From assembly GCA_946534345.1 (NCBI GenBank), contig CAMNCL010000001.1, forward strand, positions 87,175 through 151,174: DNA of 64,000 nt. The letters run 5' to 3'. The notes under the pieces were generated by a model. It ran no database searches and had not been told where the DNA came from. It worked only from the letters and a program-made list of their open reading frames with translations. The position numbers and the translations under genes were made by a program. Position 1 is the first letter of the stretch, and every line of letters begins with the position of its first letter. Origin of the DNA: an uncultured Bacillales bacterium (lineage in GTDB: Bacteria; Bacillota_I; Bacilli_A; RF39; UBA660). Below are positions 9,740 to 20,193 of this stretch, one piece after another.

Positions 9740-10636
9740 ATGGATGATTTCAAAATAGGTGATGACTTCGATGAAAATGGTAATGCTAAAGAGCATAAAA
9801 TGGATAAAAAAGTAGTTATTACTATTGTTGTAGTTATATCAATTGTTATAGGTTTATTAGTATTCTTTATTAGTAATGCTATATTTGGTGGACATGATGA
9901 AGAAGAACCAGTTGTTGATAAACAAGTACCTATTAGTGATGAGAATGTTAAAATATTGTATAAATATGTTTCTTATGATGTTGGTAATTATGGTAATGAT
10001 AAATTATTAAAAGGAACTAGTATACAAGCCAGTTCACTTACTGATGAAGATAAACTATATTATGCATTGTATTTTATACCACCAGAAGATTTAACTTATA
10101 GTGGTAAATTAACTGAAGAAAAACAAAAAATATATGATTTATCTGTTTCTAAAATTAAGAAACAATTACCTCGTTTCTTTGGAAAAGATGTTAGTTTTAC
10201 ACCACCAGCAGAATTACAATATAAATTTAATTTCACAATTAATGATTTAGGTGTTGCAAAATTAACATATTCAGAAGAGGAAGAAGTTTATAAAGTAGTG
10301 TTTAGTAAGGATGAAAAAGAAGAAGAATTAATAAAACCATATTATACAGAGTTATCTTCTGCTACTAAGAAAGCTAATGGGGATTTAATTATTAATGAAA
10401 AAGTAATATATACTACTTCTTCTAAAGAAGGAGATACATATAAGATTAATATTTATAAAGATGCTAATCATACTACTTTAATTGAAATGATTCAGAGTGT
10501 TACAGAAGAAGACTTAAAAGCAAATCCTATTTCAATTACTAAGTATAAAGATAAAGCTGCTACTGTATCTTATACATTTAAAGTAAATGATTTAAATAAG
10601 AATTATTACTTTGATAGTAGTACAATTACATATTAG
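9740..10636 (+). CDS. Hypothetical single-pass membrane protein with extracellular domain
   Basis: TM helix 'VVITIVVVISIVIGLLVFFI' after a short cytoplasmic N-terminus. Confidence 0.45.
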   Translation: MDDFKIGDDFDENGNAKEHKMDKKVVITIVVVISIVIGLLVFFISNAIFGGHDEEEPVVDKQVPISDENVKILYKYVSYDVGNYGNDKLLKGTSIQASSLTDEDKLYYALYFIPPEDLTYSGKLTEEKQKIYDLSVSKIKKQLPRFFGKDVSFTPPAELQYKFNFTINDLGVAKLTYSEEEEVYKVVFSKDEKEEELIKPYYTELSSATKKANGDLIINEKVIYTTSSKEGDTYKINIYKDANHTTLIEMIQSVTEEDLKANPISITKYKDKAATVSYTFKVNDLNKNYYFDSSTITY

Positions 10637-10648
10637 AGGAGAATAGTT

Positions 10649-12151
10649 ATGAAAAAGAATGGTTTAATTATTTTACTGATTGCTATTATTCTAGGCTTAA
10701 CAATAAATACTTCTAAAGTAGTAATTGGAGTAGATAAGAAAGAGTATAAAGCTAGTGAAGAAGCAGAAGCTTTAGGGTTTAAATCTGAGTCATTATATAC
10801 TTGTGTATTAAATAGTTTTGATGAAGAAGCAACTGTTACAAAGGCTGATTTAGCTAATGTTGAATATTTATATTGTGTAGGTGAAAAGATAGAAGATACT
10901 ACTGGTATAGAGCAATTAACAGGGTTACAATCAATTAATTTAGGTGAAAATAAAATAACTAGTATAGATTTATCTAAGAATACAAATTTAGTAAGTGTTT
11001 CATTATATGATAACAAGTTATCAAGTATTAAATTACCAGAGACTAATAATATAGAGTATCTAGATCTACAAAAAAATAATCTAAGTAGTATAGATTTAAG
11101 TAAATTAACTAGTCTAAAGAGGTTATCTATTGCGAATAATAATCTATCAAGTTTAGATGTCTCTAAAAATACTTTTTTACAAAAGCTATATGCTGCTAGT
11201 AATAATATAAGTAGTATTAATTTAGATAATAATACTCAATTATATATGTTAGATTTATATAATAATTCTATTAGTAGTATTGATTTATCTAAGTTAACAG
11301 CTTTATATTATTTGAATTTATCATTAAATAATTTAAAAGATATAGATTTAAGTAAGAATATAAATCTTGCGGAGTTATATATTTCATCTAATAATTTAGA
11401 TAAATTAGATTTATCAAATCAAGATTATTTGATGTATCTAAATGCAGTATTCAATCACTTTAAGGGCTATGATATTAATCATAAAGAAAGAATTCGCTAT
11501 TTAGCTGTTGATTATGATTGGTTAGATAGTTTTGGTTTTAATGATTATTCTAGTTTAGAGCTTTTAGATGTTAATTATCATGGAATTATTTCAGTAGATG
11601 GTACTCAAATTAAAAGGGATGAAATTCTAAAACGTTTACCAGAGGATGTTAAAGTTGAAGATGTAGGAGTATTTTCATCTGACAATTATTTAAATCCTGC
11701 TTGTTCTAGAGGTTATGTTTCTTCACCAAGTGCTCAGGTATTTAATATGCTAAGTGCAAATGCTGGATTTATGGTTGCTGCTATGCCTACAACTAATTTC
11801 ATGGAAAGTTCTATGGGATTTGATGACAATATAGGTTATTCTGATATTTGTCAATCACAAATATTAAATAATTCAGTAATAAGTGAAGACGATTCTGATA
11901 AAATAGAAGTTCGCTCTCTTAACTTTAGAGTAGATGGAGTAGATGATGATGTACAAGTTAGATTCACTGCTTATTATGATATAAACTTTATGCAAACTGG
12001 TGTTGATAATAATGGAGATACTATACTAACTAATGTACCAAATACAGGAGCTACTATTGCAAGTATTATTGTTTTTGGAATTATGATATTAGGAATAGGA
12101 ATGTGTATAGTATTAAGATCAATACAAAATAAAGAAGTTAGAAATGACTAA
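10649..12151 (+). CDS. Leucine-rich-repeat surface protein with C-terminal TM anchor
   Basis: Signal peptide, then about 12 tandem ~22-aa LRR units ('LSKNTNLVSVSLYDNKLSSIKL', 'LSKLTSLKRLSIANNNLSSLDV' and similar). C-terminal helix 'ATIASIIVFGIMILGIGMCIVL'. Confidence 0.7.
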   Translation: MKKNGLIILLIAIILGLTINTSKVVIGVDKKEYKASEEAEALGFKSESLYTCVLNSFDEEATVTKADLANVEYLYCVGEKIEDTTGIEQLTGLQSINLGENKITSIDLSKNTNLVSVSLYDNKLSSIKLPETNNIEYLDLQKNNLSSIDLSKLTSLKRLSIANNNLSSLDVSKNTFLQKLYAASNNISSINLDNNTQLYMLDLYNNSISSIDLSKLTALYYLNLSLNNLKDIDLSKNINLAELYISSNNLDKLDLSNQDYLMYLNAVFNHFKGYDINHKERIRYLAVDYDWLDSFGFNDYSSLELLDVNYHGIISVDGTQIKRDEILKRLPEDVKVEDVGVFSSDNYLNPACSRGYVSSPSAQVFNMLSANAGFMVAAMPTTNFMESSMGFDDNIGYSDICQSQILNNSVISEDDSDKIEVRSLNFRVDGVDDDVQVRFTAYYDINFMQTGVDNNGDTILTNVPNTGATIASIIVFGIMILGIGMCIVLRSIQNKEVRND

Positions 12152-12168
12152 GTCATTTCTTTTTTTTT
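12137..12168 (+). terminator. Rho-independent terminator
   Basis: Hairpin 'aaatgactaagtcattt' followed by a T9 run. Confidence 0.7.
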
Positions 12169-12226
12169 CTTCTTTGTGATATAATCTTATTAATACTTAA
12201 CTACACCTAGATTGGAGGTCTTATTG

Positions 12227-14014
12227 ATGCAACAAAATATTAGAAACTTTTGTATAATAGCTCATATAGATCATGGTAAAAGTACTTTAGCTGATAGAAT
12301 TCTAGAACTAACAGGCGCAATAGATAAAAGAGAATTGAAAGAGCAAATGTTAGATTCAATGGATCTAGAAAGAGAAAGAGGAATTACCATTAAGTTGAAT
12401 GCTGTTCAACTAACTTATAAAAAGAATAATCAAGAATATATGTTAAATCTTATTGATACACCTGGACATGTAGATTTCTCTTATGAAGTATCTCGTAGTT
12501 TAGCAGCCTGTGAAGGAGCAATTCTAGTAGTAGATGCTACTCAAGGAGTAGAAGCACAAACTCTAGCTAATTTGTATTTAGCTCTTGATAATAATTTGAC
12601 AGTTATTCCAGTTATTAATAAAATAGATCTTCCATCTGCAGATGTAGATAAAGTAAGTGAAGAATTAGAAAACTTAGGTTTTGATAAAGAAAATATTGTT
12701 CTAACTTCAGGTAAAACTGGAGAAGGAGTAGATAAACTACTTGATAAAGTAATTGAATTAATCCCAGCACCTAAAGGTGATGCAAATAGTAAATTAAAAG
12801 CCTTAATATTTGATTCTAAATTTGATAATTATCGTGGAATAATTACTAGTATTAGAGTTATGGAAGGTAAAATATCAGTAGGGGATGAAATACTAATGAT
12901 GCAGACTAATGCAAGTTATGAAGTATTAGGAATATCTATTGATACACCGAATGAAAAAAAGGTTAAAGAATTAAAAGCTGGAGAAGTTGGTTATTTATAT
13001 GCATCAATAAAGTCTCTTAAAGATGTCTCTGTAGGAGATACTATTACTTTAAAAAAGAATCCTGCAGAAGAGAAGTTACCTGGTTATAAACCAATGAAAG
13101 CTAGTGTTTATTCAGGATTATATCCAATAGATCCTAGTAGATTTGAAGATTTAAGAGAAGCTCTTGAAAAACTACAATTAAATGATTCAGCTTTATCATT
13201 TGAACCAGAAACTTCAGCTGCACTAGGTTTTGGATTTAGAGTAGGTTTCTTAGGATTATTACATATGGAGATAGTAGAAGAGAGAATATCTCGTGAATTT
13301 AATATTGAGATAATTGCTACTTCACCATCAGTAGTTTATAAATTAATTTTAAATGATAATAGTGAAATAGAAGTAGATGCACCTTATAAAATGCCTACTC
13401 CTGAGAAAATTAAAACTATAATGGAACCTTATGTAAAAGCAGTTGTTTTCTCGCCATCTGACTATATAGGAGATATTATGAAACTATGTCAGGATAAAAG
13501 AGGAATATTTATAAATATGGATTATATAGATACTACTAGAGTAACTATTGAATATAAATTACCTTTATCAGAAATGATCTTTGATTTCTTTGATAAATTA
13601 AAATCATGTACTAAAGGTTATGCTTCTTTTGACTATGAAGTGATTGGTTATGAAGAAAGCAAATTAGTTAAGATGGATATATTAATTAATGGAGAAGTAG
13701 TAGATGCTTTATCATTAATTGTATATAAAGATTTTGCTTATAATCGTGGTAAAGAGATAGTTGAAAAGTTAAAAGATATTATACCTAGACAACTATTTGA
13801 AGTACCAATACAAGCAGCACTAGGTAATCACATAATATCTAGAAGTACAGTAAAAGCACTTAGAAAAGATGTTCTAGCAAAGTGTTACGGGGGAGATATC
13901 ACAAGAAAGAAAAAACTACTAGAGAAACAAAAAGAGGGTAAAAAAAGAATGAAGAAAGTAGGTAGTATTGAATTACCTCAAGAAGCATTCTTGTCAATTC
14001 TTTCAAAAGATTAG
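12227..14014 (+). CDS. lepA: Elongation factor 4 (LepA)
   Basis: '[20 protein letters not shown]' G1 motif and 'DTPGHVDF' G3 motif; about 595 aa. GGAGG RBS before the ATG at 12227. Confidence 0.95.
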   Translation: MQQNIRNFCIIAHIDHGKSTLADRILELTGAIDKRELKEQMLDSMDLERERGITIKLNAVQLTYKKNNQEYMLNLIDTPGHVDFSYEVSRSLAACEGAILVVDATQGVEAQTLANLYLALDNNLTVIPVINKIDLPSADVDKVSEELENLGFDKENIVLTSGKTGEGVDKLLDKVIELIPAPKGDANSKLKALIFDSKFDNYRGIITSIRVMEGKISVGDEILMMQTNASYEVLGISIDTPNEKKVKELKAGEVGYLYASIKSLKDVSVGDTITLKKNPAEEKLPGYKPMKASVYSGLYPIDPSRFEDLREALEKLQLNDSALSFEPETSAALGFGFRVGFLGLLHMEIVEERISREFNIEIIATSPSVVYKLILNDNSEIEVDAPYKMPTPEKIKTIMEPYVKAVVFSPSDYIGDIMKLCQDKRGIFINMDYIDTTRVTIEYKLPLSEMIFDFFDKLKSCTKGYASFDYEVIGYEESKLVKMDILINGEVVDALSLIVYKDFAYNRGKEIVEKLKDIIPRQLFEVPIQAALGNHIISRSTVKALRKDVLAKCYGGDITRKKKLLEKQKEGKKRMKKVGSIELPQEAFLSILSKD

Positions 14015-14025
14015 GAGGTTTGAAT

Positions 14026-14517
14026 ATGGAAAGGAATAGTACAAAGAGAGGTTTAGTAACAGGAAGAAGTTATGTAGTTGCGAATGCAATTATAAGAGCA
14101 AAAGAAGTAGAAGATAGAGTTATTATTGATCAAAAAGATGTAGAAAACTTAGAATTTATGGTTTTAAACAGATTAAATTATATGGGAATAAATGCTAAGT
14201 TCGTTGATGATTTAAAAGAAGATATTTTAAATGGAGAAATATTATGTATAAGTGATTCAAAAGATAAATTATATATGTTAATTCCTGGAGTTGATATAGA
14301 AAAGTTTACTGATGAATATCGTAATAGAATAGCTCTTACAGAACTTGCTGATGCATTTAGATCATTAGATCATAATGATAACTTATTAAGACATGAAGAT
14401 GATGTAGAATATTTAAAAGAAAAAGAAAAGAAACTACAAGAATTTTGTTCAAAAGAATTAATTATTCCTGTAAAAGAATCTAAGCCTAGACAATATACAA
14501 AAGTAAGTGAAAAGTAA
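14026..14517 (+). CDS. Hypothetical protein
   Basis: ATG at 14026, 7 nt after AGGAGG. No recognisable motif. Confidence 0.45.
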   Translation: MERNSTKRGLVTGRSYVVANAIIRAKEVEDRVIIDQKDVENLEFMVLNRLNYMGINAKFVDDLKEDILNGEILCISDSKDKLYMLIPGVDIEKFTDEYRNRIALTELADAFRSLDHNDNLLRHEDDVEYLKEKEKKLQEFCSKELIIPVKESKPRQYTKVSEK

Positions 14518-15601
14518 AATAACTAATTGTTATATACACATTCCCTTTTGTAATACGATATGCTCTTACTGTGACTTTTGTAAATTATATTATGATGATA
14601 AATATATTAATAATTATCTTAGTCAGTTAGAAAAAGAAATTAATTCTATTTATAAAGGAGAAGAATTAGAAACTATCTATATAGGAGGAGGTACTCCTAG
14701 TTCTCTAAATATAAAAGAGTTAGAAAGATTGTTTAATATATTAAAAGTATTTAATAAATCTAAAGATATAGAATTTACTATTGAATCTAATTTTGAAAAT
14801 ATAGATGAAGATAAATTAAAACTATATAAGAAATATGGTATTAATAGATTAAGTTTTGGACTAGAATCAATAAGTAAAAAGAATTTAGATTTTCTAAATA
14901 GAAATATTAGTAAAGAAAAAATTAATAAGACTATAGATATGTGTAGAAAGTTAGGTTTTAATAATATTAATGTAGATTTAATGTATGCTTTACCAACTGA
15001 GTCTATTGAAGATTTAAAGAGTGATTTAGATTATATCTTTTCTTTAGATATAGAACATATATCTACATATTCTTTAATAATAGAAGATCATACGATGTTA
15101 AAGATTAATAATGTTAAAAATATTTCTGAAGATTTAGATTATGAAATGTATAAACTAATATGTACTGAGATGAAAAAACATAATTATGAACATTATGAAA
15201 TAAGTAATTTTTCTAAACCAGATTTTTATTCAAAACATAATTTGTGTTATTGGAATAATTCTAATTATTATGGTTTTGGATTAGGAGCTAGTAGTTATGC
15301 TGGTAATAAGAGAATTACTAATACTCGTTCAATCAATAAATACTTAGAAGGTAATTATATATTAGAAAATATAGAATTAGATGATAGAGATTTATATGAG
15401 TATGAAATAATGTTAAATTTAAGAAAAGCTGATGGTATTTTAATCAGTGATTTTGAAAATAAATATAATTGTAATTTAAGAAGCAAGTTTAAAGAATTAT
15501 TAGATGATGGTTTATTAGTAGAAATTAATGGAAGAATTAGAATACCAGAAGATAAATGGTATATTAGTAATGAAATAATTGTAAGGATGTTGGAGGATTA
15601 A
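14507..15601 (+). CDS. hemW: Radical SAM heme chaperone HemW (coproporphyrinogen III oxidase-like)
   Basis: 'YIHIPFCNTICSYCDF' is a CxxxCxxC radical-SAM motif, and 'IYIGGGTPS' fits the HemN/HemW family. It follows lepA as in many Firmicutes. Confidence 0.8.
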   Translation: MKSKITNCYIHIPFCNTICSYCDFCKLYYDDKYINNYLSQLEKEINSIYKGEELETIYIGGGTPSSLNIKELERLFNILKVFNKSKDIEFTIESNFENIDEDKLKLYKKYGINRLSFGLESISKKNLDFLNRNISKEKINKTIDMCRKLGFNNINVDLMYALPTESIEDLKSDLDYIFSLDIEHISTYSLIIEDHTMLKINNVKNISEDLDYEMYKLICTEMKKHNYEHYEISNFSKPDFYSKHNLCYWNNSNYYGFGLGASSYAGNKRITNTRSINKYLEGNYILENIELDDRDLYEYEIMLNLRKADGILISDFENKYNCNLRSKFKELLDDGLLVEINGRIRIPEDKWYISNEIIVRMLED

Positions 15602-15602
15602 T

Positions 15603-16184
15603 ATGAGTAGAGAAGATATATTTAAAGAAGAGTTATTATTGATTAAAGATAAGTCTTTAAGAGAATCTCTTTTAAAAATAATTAATTTATTACCTGAATA
15701 TTGGTTACATGAAGCAGCTTCTTCAACTGGTAAGTATCATCCAGAGTATGCACTTGGAGAAGGTGGACTACTTAGACATTCTAAGGCTGCGATGAGAATA
15801 GGTTATGAGTTGTTGAATGATCCATGTATTGGTGATAAATATACTTCTCATGAAAAAGATTTAATGTTAATGTCTTTACTAGTACATGATGGATTAAAAT
15901 TAGGAGATCCACAAGAAAAATACACTAGGTTTGATCATCCTATTCTTATGGCGAATTTTGTAGTAGAGAAGAGTGATGAATTAGAATTGTCACCTGAAGA
16001 TGCAAAATTTATGGGGGATGTTATTAAAACTCATATGGGTCCTTGGACTACTGATTATAATGGTAATGAAGTTTTAGAGAAACCAAAAACTAAATATCAG
16101 AACTTTGTTCATATGTGTGATTATTTAGCTAGTAGAAAATGTTTACTAGTACCATTTGATGAAAATAGTAAAATAAGTGTCTAA
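15603..16184 (+). CDS. HD-domain phosphohydrolase
   Basis: 'GKYHP...H' followed by 'LLVHDGLKLGD' (H...HD motif). Confidence 0.65.
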   Translation: MSREDIFKEELLLIKDKSLRESLLKIINLLPEYWLHEAASSTGKYHPEYALGEGGLLRHSKAAMRIGYELLNDPCIGDKYTSHEKDLMLMSLLVHDGLKLGDPQEKYTRFDHPILMANFVVEKSDELELSPEDAKFMGDVIKTHMGPWTTDYNGNEVLEKPKTKYQNFVHMCDYLASRKCLLVPFDENSKISV

Positions 16185-16259
16185 TAGACACTTATTTTTT
16201 GTTCTTTATTGTGCAGGATGCTTATGTTTGTTAATATTATAATAGAAGGGGAAATAGCT

Positions 16260-16829
16260 ATGGGAAAGAAAAAAAGGACTAAAAAACTTACTAAAAAACA
16301 GCTAAAACAGAGAAGACAATTATTAAAAAATACAGTTATTAGTACTTTGTTACTTTTATTAGTATTAGGTGTTAGTTATCTAATATTTGTTACTGATGTA
16401 TTAGAACCTCATGTTAATGAAGTTACTGCTGGCTATATTTCTTTTTATAATAATGATACTACTGATATGATAAAAATAAATAATTTAAAAAAGTTATCTG
16501 ACGATGTAGGTAAAAGTATTGTTAATACTAGATCACAAGAATTAAAAGTTACAGGAGAGAATAATAATAAATATCAAGTTGTTGTATACCCAATGATTAA
16601 TAATATTGATTTGAAATATATTAATTTCTCTATTACTAAAGGAGAAATTACTTATACAAATAATTTAGAAGATATGCCTATAGGTGACGATGAAGGAATA
16701 ATTGTTTATCAAGGAAATGTTTCTGAAGGTAAAGAGTTAACTCTTAGAATGTGGATTTCAAAAGAATATGAGGGTAAAATAGATAATAATTCATTTAGTG
16801 TTAAAATAAATCCAGGACAGGAGAATTGA
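16260..16829 (+). CDS. Hypothetical single-pass membrane protein
   Basis: 'MGKKKRTKK..' basic N-terminus then TM 'VISTLLLLLVLGVSYLIFV', followed by an extracellular domain. RBS 'gaagggg'. Confidence 0.45.
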   Translation: MGKKKRTKKLTKKQLKQRRQLLKNTVISTLLLLLVLGVSYLIFVTDVLEPHVNEVTAGYISFYNNDTTDMIKINNLKKLSDDVGKSIVNTRSQELKVTGENNNKYQVVVYPMINNIDLKYINFSITKGEITYTNNLEDMPIGDDEGIIVYQGNVSEGKELTLRMWISKEYEGKIDNNSFSVKINPGQEN

Positions 16830-16830
16830 T

Positions 16831-17499
16831 ATGGCAGGAAAAGTGATTGTTATTGAAGGAACTGATTGTTCAGGAAAGGAAACGCAAACTAAACTTTTGG
16901 AGGAGAGATTAACTGAATCAGGTAAAAAATGTATTAGATTTAGTTTTCCAATGTATGATACTCCAACAGGTAAAATTATTGGAGGAGATTATCTAGGTAA
17001 ACCTGAAATAGGAGAGAGTTTGTTTAGTGAAGGAGCAGTTAATGTTGATCCTTATGTAGTTAGTCTTTATTATGCTGCTGATAGGAAATATAATATGCCT
17101 AAGATACAAGAGTATTTGAAGAAAGACTACTATGTCATTTTAGATAGATATACTACTTCTAATTTAGCTCATCAAGGAAGTAAGATTCATGATAAAGATG
17201 AAAGATTTGATATGTATCAATGGATAGATAAATTAGAATATTGGTTATTAAAATTCCCTAAGCCAGATAAAACTATATTTCTACATGTTCCTTATGAGTA
17301 TTCTCTTGAGCTTCGTAAGAATAGAGAAACTATTGATGAACATGAAAAATCTACAGAATACTTAAAAGCATCTGAAGAAGCATACGTTGAATTATCTGAA
17401 TTATATAATTGGGATAAGATAGAATGTATAAAAGATAACAAGCTAAGAACTATAGAAGATATTAATGATGAAATACTAAATAAAATTAATGAATTATAA
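16831..17499 (+). CDS. tmk: Thymidylate (dTMP) kinase-like P-loop kinase
   Basis: 'VIEGTDCSGKETQ' P-loop and 'LDRYTTS' DRY motif. 222 aa. Confidence 0.65.
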   Translation: MAGKVIVIEGTDCSGKETQTKLLEERLTESGKKCIRFSFPMYDTPTGKIIGGDYLGKPEIGESLFSEGAVNVDPYVVSLYYAADRKYNMPKIQEYLKKDYYVILDRYTTSNLAHQGSKIHDKDERFDMYQWIDKLEYWLLKFPKPDKTIFLHVPYEYSLELRKNRETIDEHEKSTEYLKASEEAYVELSELYNWDKIECIKDNKLRTIEDINDEILNKINEL

Positions 17500-17527
17500 A
17501 AGCTACTAATTAATAGTAGCTTTTTTA
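17498..17527. terminator. Bidirectional rho-independent terminator between convergent genes
   Basis: Hairpin 'aaagctactaattaatagtagcttt' flanked by A-run and T-run. Confidence 0.7.
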
Positions 17528-19336
17528 TTATTTCTTTATTGGTTGTATTTGTTGAACAGGTTGTATAGGTTTAATTGGTTGTATTTGTTGTACGCTTTGT
17601 GTTGCTTCTGTACTTTGGGCAGCTGTTTGAATAATTGGTTGAGTTTGAAGTGTTGACTGTGCTTGAACAACAGGTTGTGCTCCACTAGAAGCATTTATTC
17701 CAACTACAGCTGTACTTGCTGGTGCTTGTTTAATTGGTTGAACAGGTTGTACAGTTGGAATAGTTGAAACTTTTGGTACAGTTTTAACTGGAGGTACTGT
17801 TGCCTGACTGTTAGCAGTAGGAGTTGTTTGAGTAGGAGTATTTTCCTTCTTTTCTTCTCCTTCACCTTCTTTTTTCTCATCTTCAGCAGGTAATAGTCCA
17901 GCTTCTTTCTTTTCTTCTTCACTCATAAAGTCTGCTGCTGTAAATGCAGGAGCCTCAATTACATTTGAAATATCATTTTCAGTATTTGTTTTCTTAGACT
18001 CATCTAATAAGTCGTCACTTTCTGTTTCAACAATAGCTTCTGGAATAGTAGCTTTAATTTCTGTTGCCATTTCATTTTCATAGTTATCGTCATCTTCATT
18101 TTCAATTTCAATTGTACGATATACTTCTTCAAATGAAGTTTTTCCCTCTAAACATTTTATTAAAGCATCTTGTAACATTGTAATAGTACCACCATCGTAA
18201 ACCATTTTAGCTAAATCTTCTTTTTCAAGATTTTCATTACTAATAGCGGCTCTTATTTGATCAGTTAATTCTAATACTTCATGAACTGCAATACGTCCAT
18301 GGTAACCACGACGACAATGATCGCAACCATGTGGATTAGCATCCCAAACAGTAGCTACATCCATATGCATATATTTTTTAAATACTTTTTTCTCATATTT
18401 AGTAGTTTCTCTTTGATATCTACAGTCAGGACATAACATTTTCGCAAGTCTTTGTGAAATGATACCTGATAGGGCAGTAGATAATAAGTAACGTTCAACA
18501 TCCATATCTAATAAACGTTCAACAGTAGCTAAGGCATTGTTTGTATGGATTGTAGATAAAACCAAGTGTCCAGTAATAGATGCACGTACGGCAATTTGTG
18601 CTGTTTCAGAGTCACGAATCTCTCCGATTAATATAACGTTCGGGTCCTGACGTAAGATAGAACGTAAGGCAGCTGCGAATGTCATACCAATTTCTGCATT
18701 AACTTGAACTTGATTGATACCTTCGATATTCATTTCTATCGGATCCTCAACAGTAATAACATTAGTCTCAGGTTTGTTTAATCCTTGTAGAATTGAATAA
18801 GTAGTTGTAGATTTACCAGAACCAGTAGCTCCAGTAGTAAGAATAATACCATTAGGTATTCCCATCATTCTCTTAATCTTTTCAAGGTTTTTAGGATGGA
18901 AACCTAAACTATCAATACCTTGCAAACTACGAGTATAATCTAAGATACGAATAACTATTTTCTCACCTTCATTAAGTGGTAGTGCAGACACACGCATATC
19001 TAGATAAGTATCACCAAACATACCTTTAATCGCACCATCTTGTGGAAGACGAGACTCTGTAATATTCATATTTGCTAATAATTTTAAACGTGTTGTTAAG
19101 TTTCTTTCATAAGCTTTAGGAACAAAAGTATAATCCTGACAGTCACCATCAATTCTGAATCTTACCATCATTCCTTCTTCACGCGGATCGAAATGAATAT
19201 CTGAAGCGTTATGCTTAGATGCAGAAATAATAATATAATCAGCTATTTGTGTAACAGGAGTCTTAGTAAAATCAAAAGACACCATGAAACTTTCGGTTCC
19301 CTTTTGGACACGTTTGACATCAAATTGAACCATCAT
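17528..19336 (-). CDS. Type IV filament assembly ATPase (GspE/PilB/ComGA family) with a ~190-aa acidic and Pro/Gln-rich C-terminal extension
   Basis: N-terminal GspE-N2-like 'ASDIHF...RIDG', Walker A 'GATGSGKSTTTYS' and tetracysteine 'CPDCRYQ...CDHCRRGY'. Tail 'QPVQPIKQAP...QIQPIKPIQPVQQIQPIKK'. Confidence 0.85.
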   Translation of the reverse strand: MMVQFDVKRVQKGTESFMVSFDFTKTPVTQIADYIIISASKHNASDIHFDPREEGMMVRFRIDGDCQDYTFVPKAYERNLTTRLKLLANMNITESRLPQDGAIKGMFGDTYLDMRVSALPLNEGEKIVIRILDYTRSLQGIDSLGFHPKNLEKIKRMMGIPNGIILTTGATGSGKSTTTYSILQGLNKPETNVITVEDPIEMNIEGINQVQVNAEIGMTFAAALRSILRQDPNVILIGEIRDSETAQIAVRASITGHLVLSTIHTNNALATVERLLDMDVERYLLSTALSGIISQRLAKMLCPDCRYQRETTKYEKKVFKKYMHMDVATVWDANPHGCDHCRRGYHGRIAVHEVLELTDQIRAAISNENLEKEDLAKMVYDGGTITMLQDALIKCLEGKTSFEEVYRTIEIENEDDDNYENEMATEIKATIPEAIVETESDDLLDESKKTNTENDISNVIEAPAFTAADFMSEEEKKEAGLLPAEDEKKEGEGEEKKENTPTQTTPTANSQATVPPVKTVPKVSTIPTVQPVQPIKQAPASTAVVGINASSGAQPVVQAQSTLQTQPIIQTAAQSTEATQSVQQIQPIKPIQPVQQIQPIKK

Positions 19337-19427
19337 TTCAACCCCTTTGTCTACTTTCTATGGTATTTTTATCATAATTATTATATAATGATTTTAAGAT
19401 AATATCAAGGAAAGAGAGAAATAATTT

Positions 19428-20189
19428 ATGAAAAAATTTAATAATAAAGGTTTCGTTCTTGCTGAAACCCTGGTAGTTACAGTTTTCCTAATGACTATTT
19501 TTTCAATGATTTATTACTATTTCTATCCTTTAATTGGTGAGTATGAAAAAAGAGAAGTATATGATGATGTTGACGACAAGTACTCAGCATATTGGATAAA
19601 AAGAATAATAGAAGACTCTGGATATGGAAGTAGTATTGCTAGAACTAGTGTTAAAGGAAAGAATTTTACCCAATATGGTTATTTACGTTTTGAGTGTAAA
19701 GATGTACCTAACACAGATGAAAAAGCTCAAATGTGTAAAACACTTGTCAATGCTTTACAGGTAGCAAACTGTTCTTCAGATGGTAATATGTGTGATATCT
19801 TTTTAACTCCGTATAGAATTGGAGATAATGATCCAACTAAATTGAAGAATTTTAAAGATACAGTAGCTATTCAAGATAGTAAAAAGAAGGGAACTAAAGC
19901 TCTTAGAAGGTTTAGAGAAGAGTGTACTGGAACTGATGCAGCTTGTACTAATGCCTTTGTTGCTAAATGTAAGGCAGCTCATATCTATGATCAAAAAAAA
20001 GAAGATGAAAAGTGTAAGGAATTAGCTAATGAAAAAGTATTTAGTAGTGCTTTTCAAGAATATGTTGCATTATTACCTGATTACAGAAATGCTTCTGCTA
20101 ATAATGCTAAATATAGAATTGTAATAAGATTTAAGCATACTGTTGATAATAATAATTTTTATTCGTATGCTACGATAGAGGTGGGGTAA
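19428..20189 (+). CDS. Type IV prepilin-like protein, cysteine-rich
   Basis: Class III signal 'MKKFNNKG|FVLAETLVV' with Glu at +5 and a hydrophobic helix. 10 Cys in the globular part. Confidence 0.7.
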   Translation: MKKFNNKGFVLAETLVVTVFLMTIFSMIYYYFYPLIGEYEKREVYDDVDDKYSAYWIKRIIEDSGYGSSIARTSVKGKNFTQYGYLRFECKDVPNTDEKAQMCKTLVNALQVANCSSDGNMCDIFLTPYRIGDNDPTKLKNFKDTVAIQDSKKKGTKALRRFREECTGTDAACTNAFVAKCKAAHIYDQKKEDEKCKELANEKVFSSAFQEYVALLPDYRNASANNAKYRIVIRFKHTVDNNNFYSYATIEVG

Positions 20190-20193
20190 GATT

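Noticed and set aside
10633-11016. Minus-strand 127-aa ORF overlapping the LRR gene
   Set aside because: Antisense of a repetitive LRR coding region; Ser/Ile-rich nonsense translation.
17704-17922. 72-aa Lys/Leu/Gln-rich ORF
   Set aside because: Alternate frame of the Pro/Gln-rich tail of the ATPase gene on the same strand; the repeat gives a spurious open frame.
19211-19402. 63-aa + strand ORF overlapping the 5' end of the ATPase gene and its promoter region
   Set aside because: Antisense to the ATPase start. No RBS. Likely spurious.
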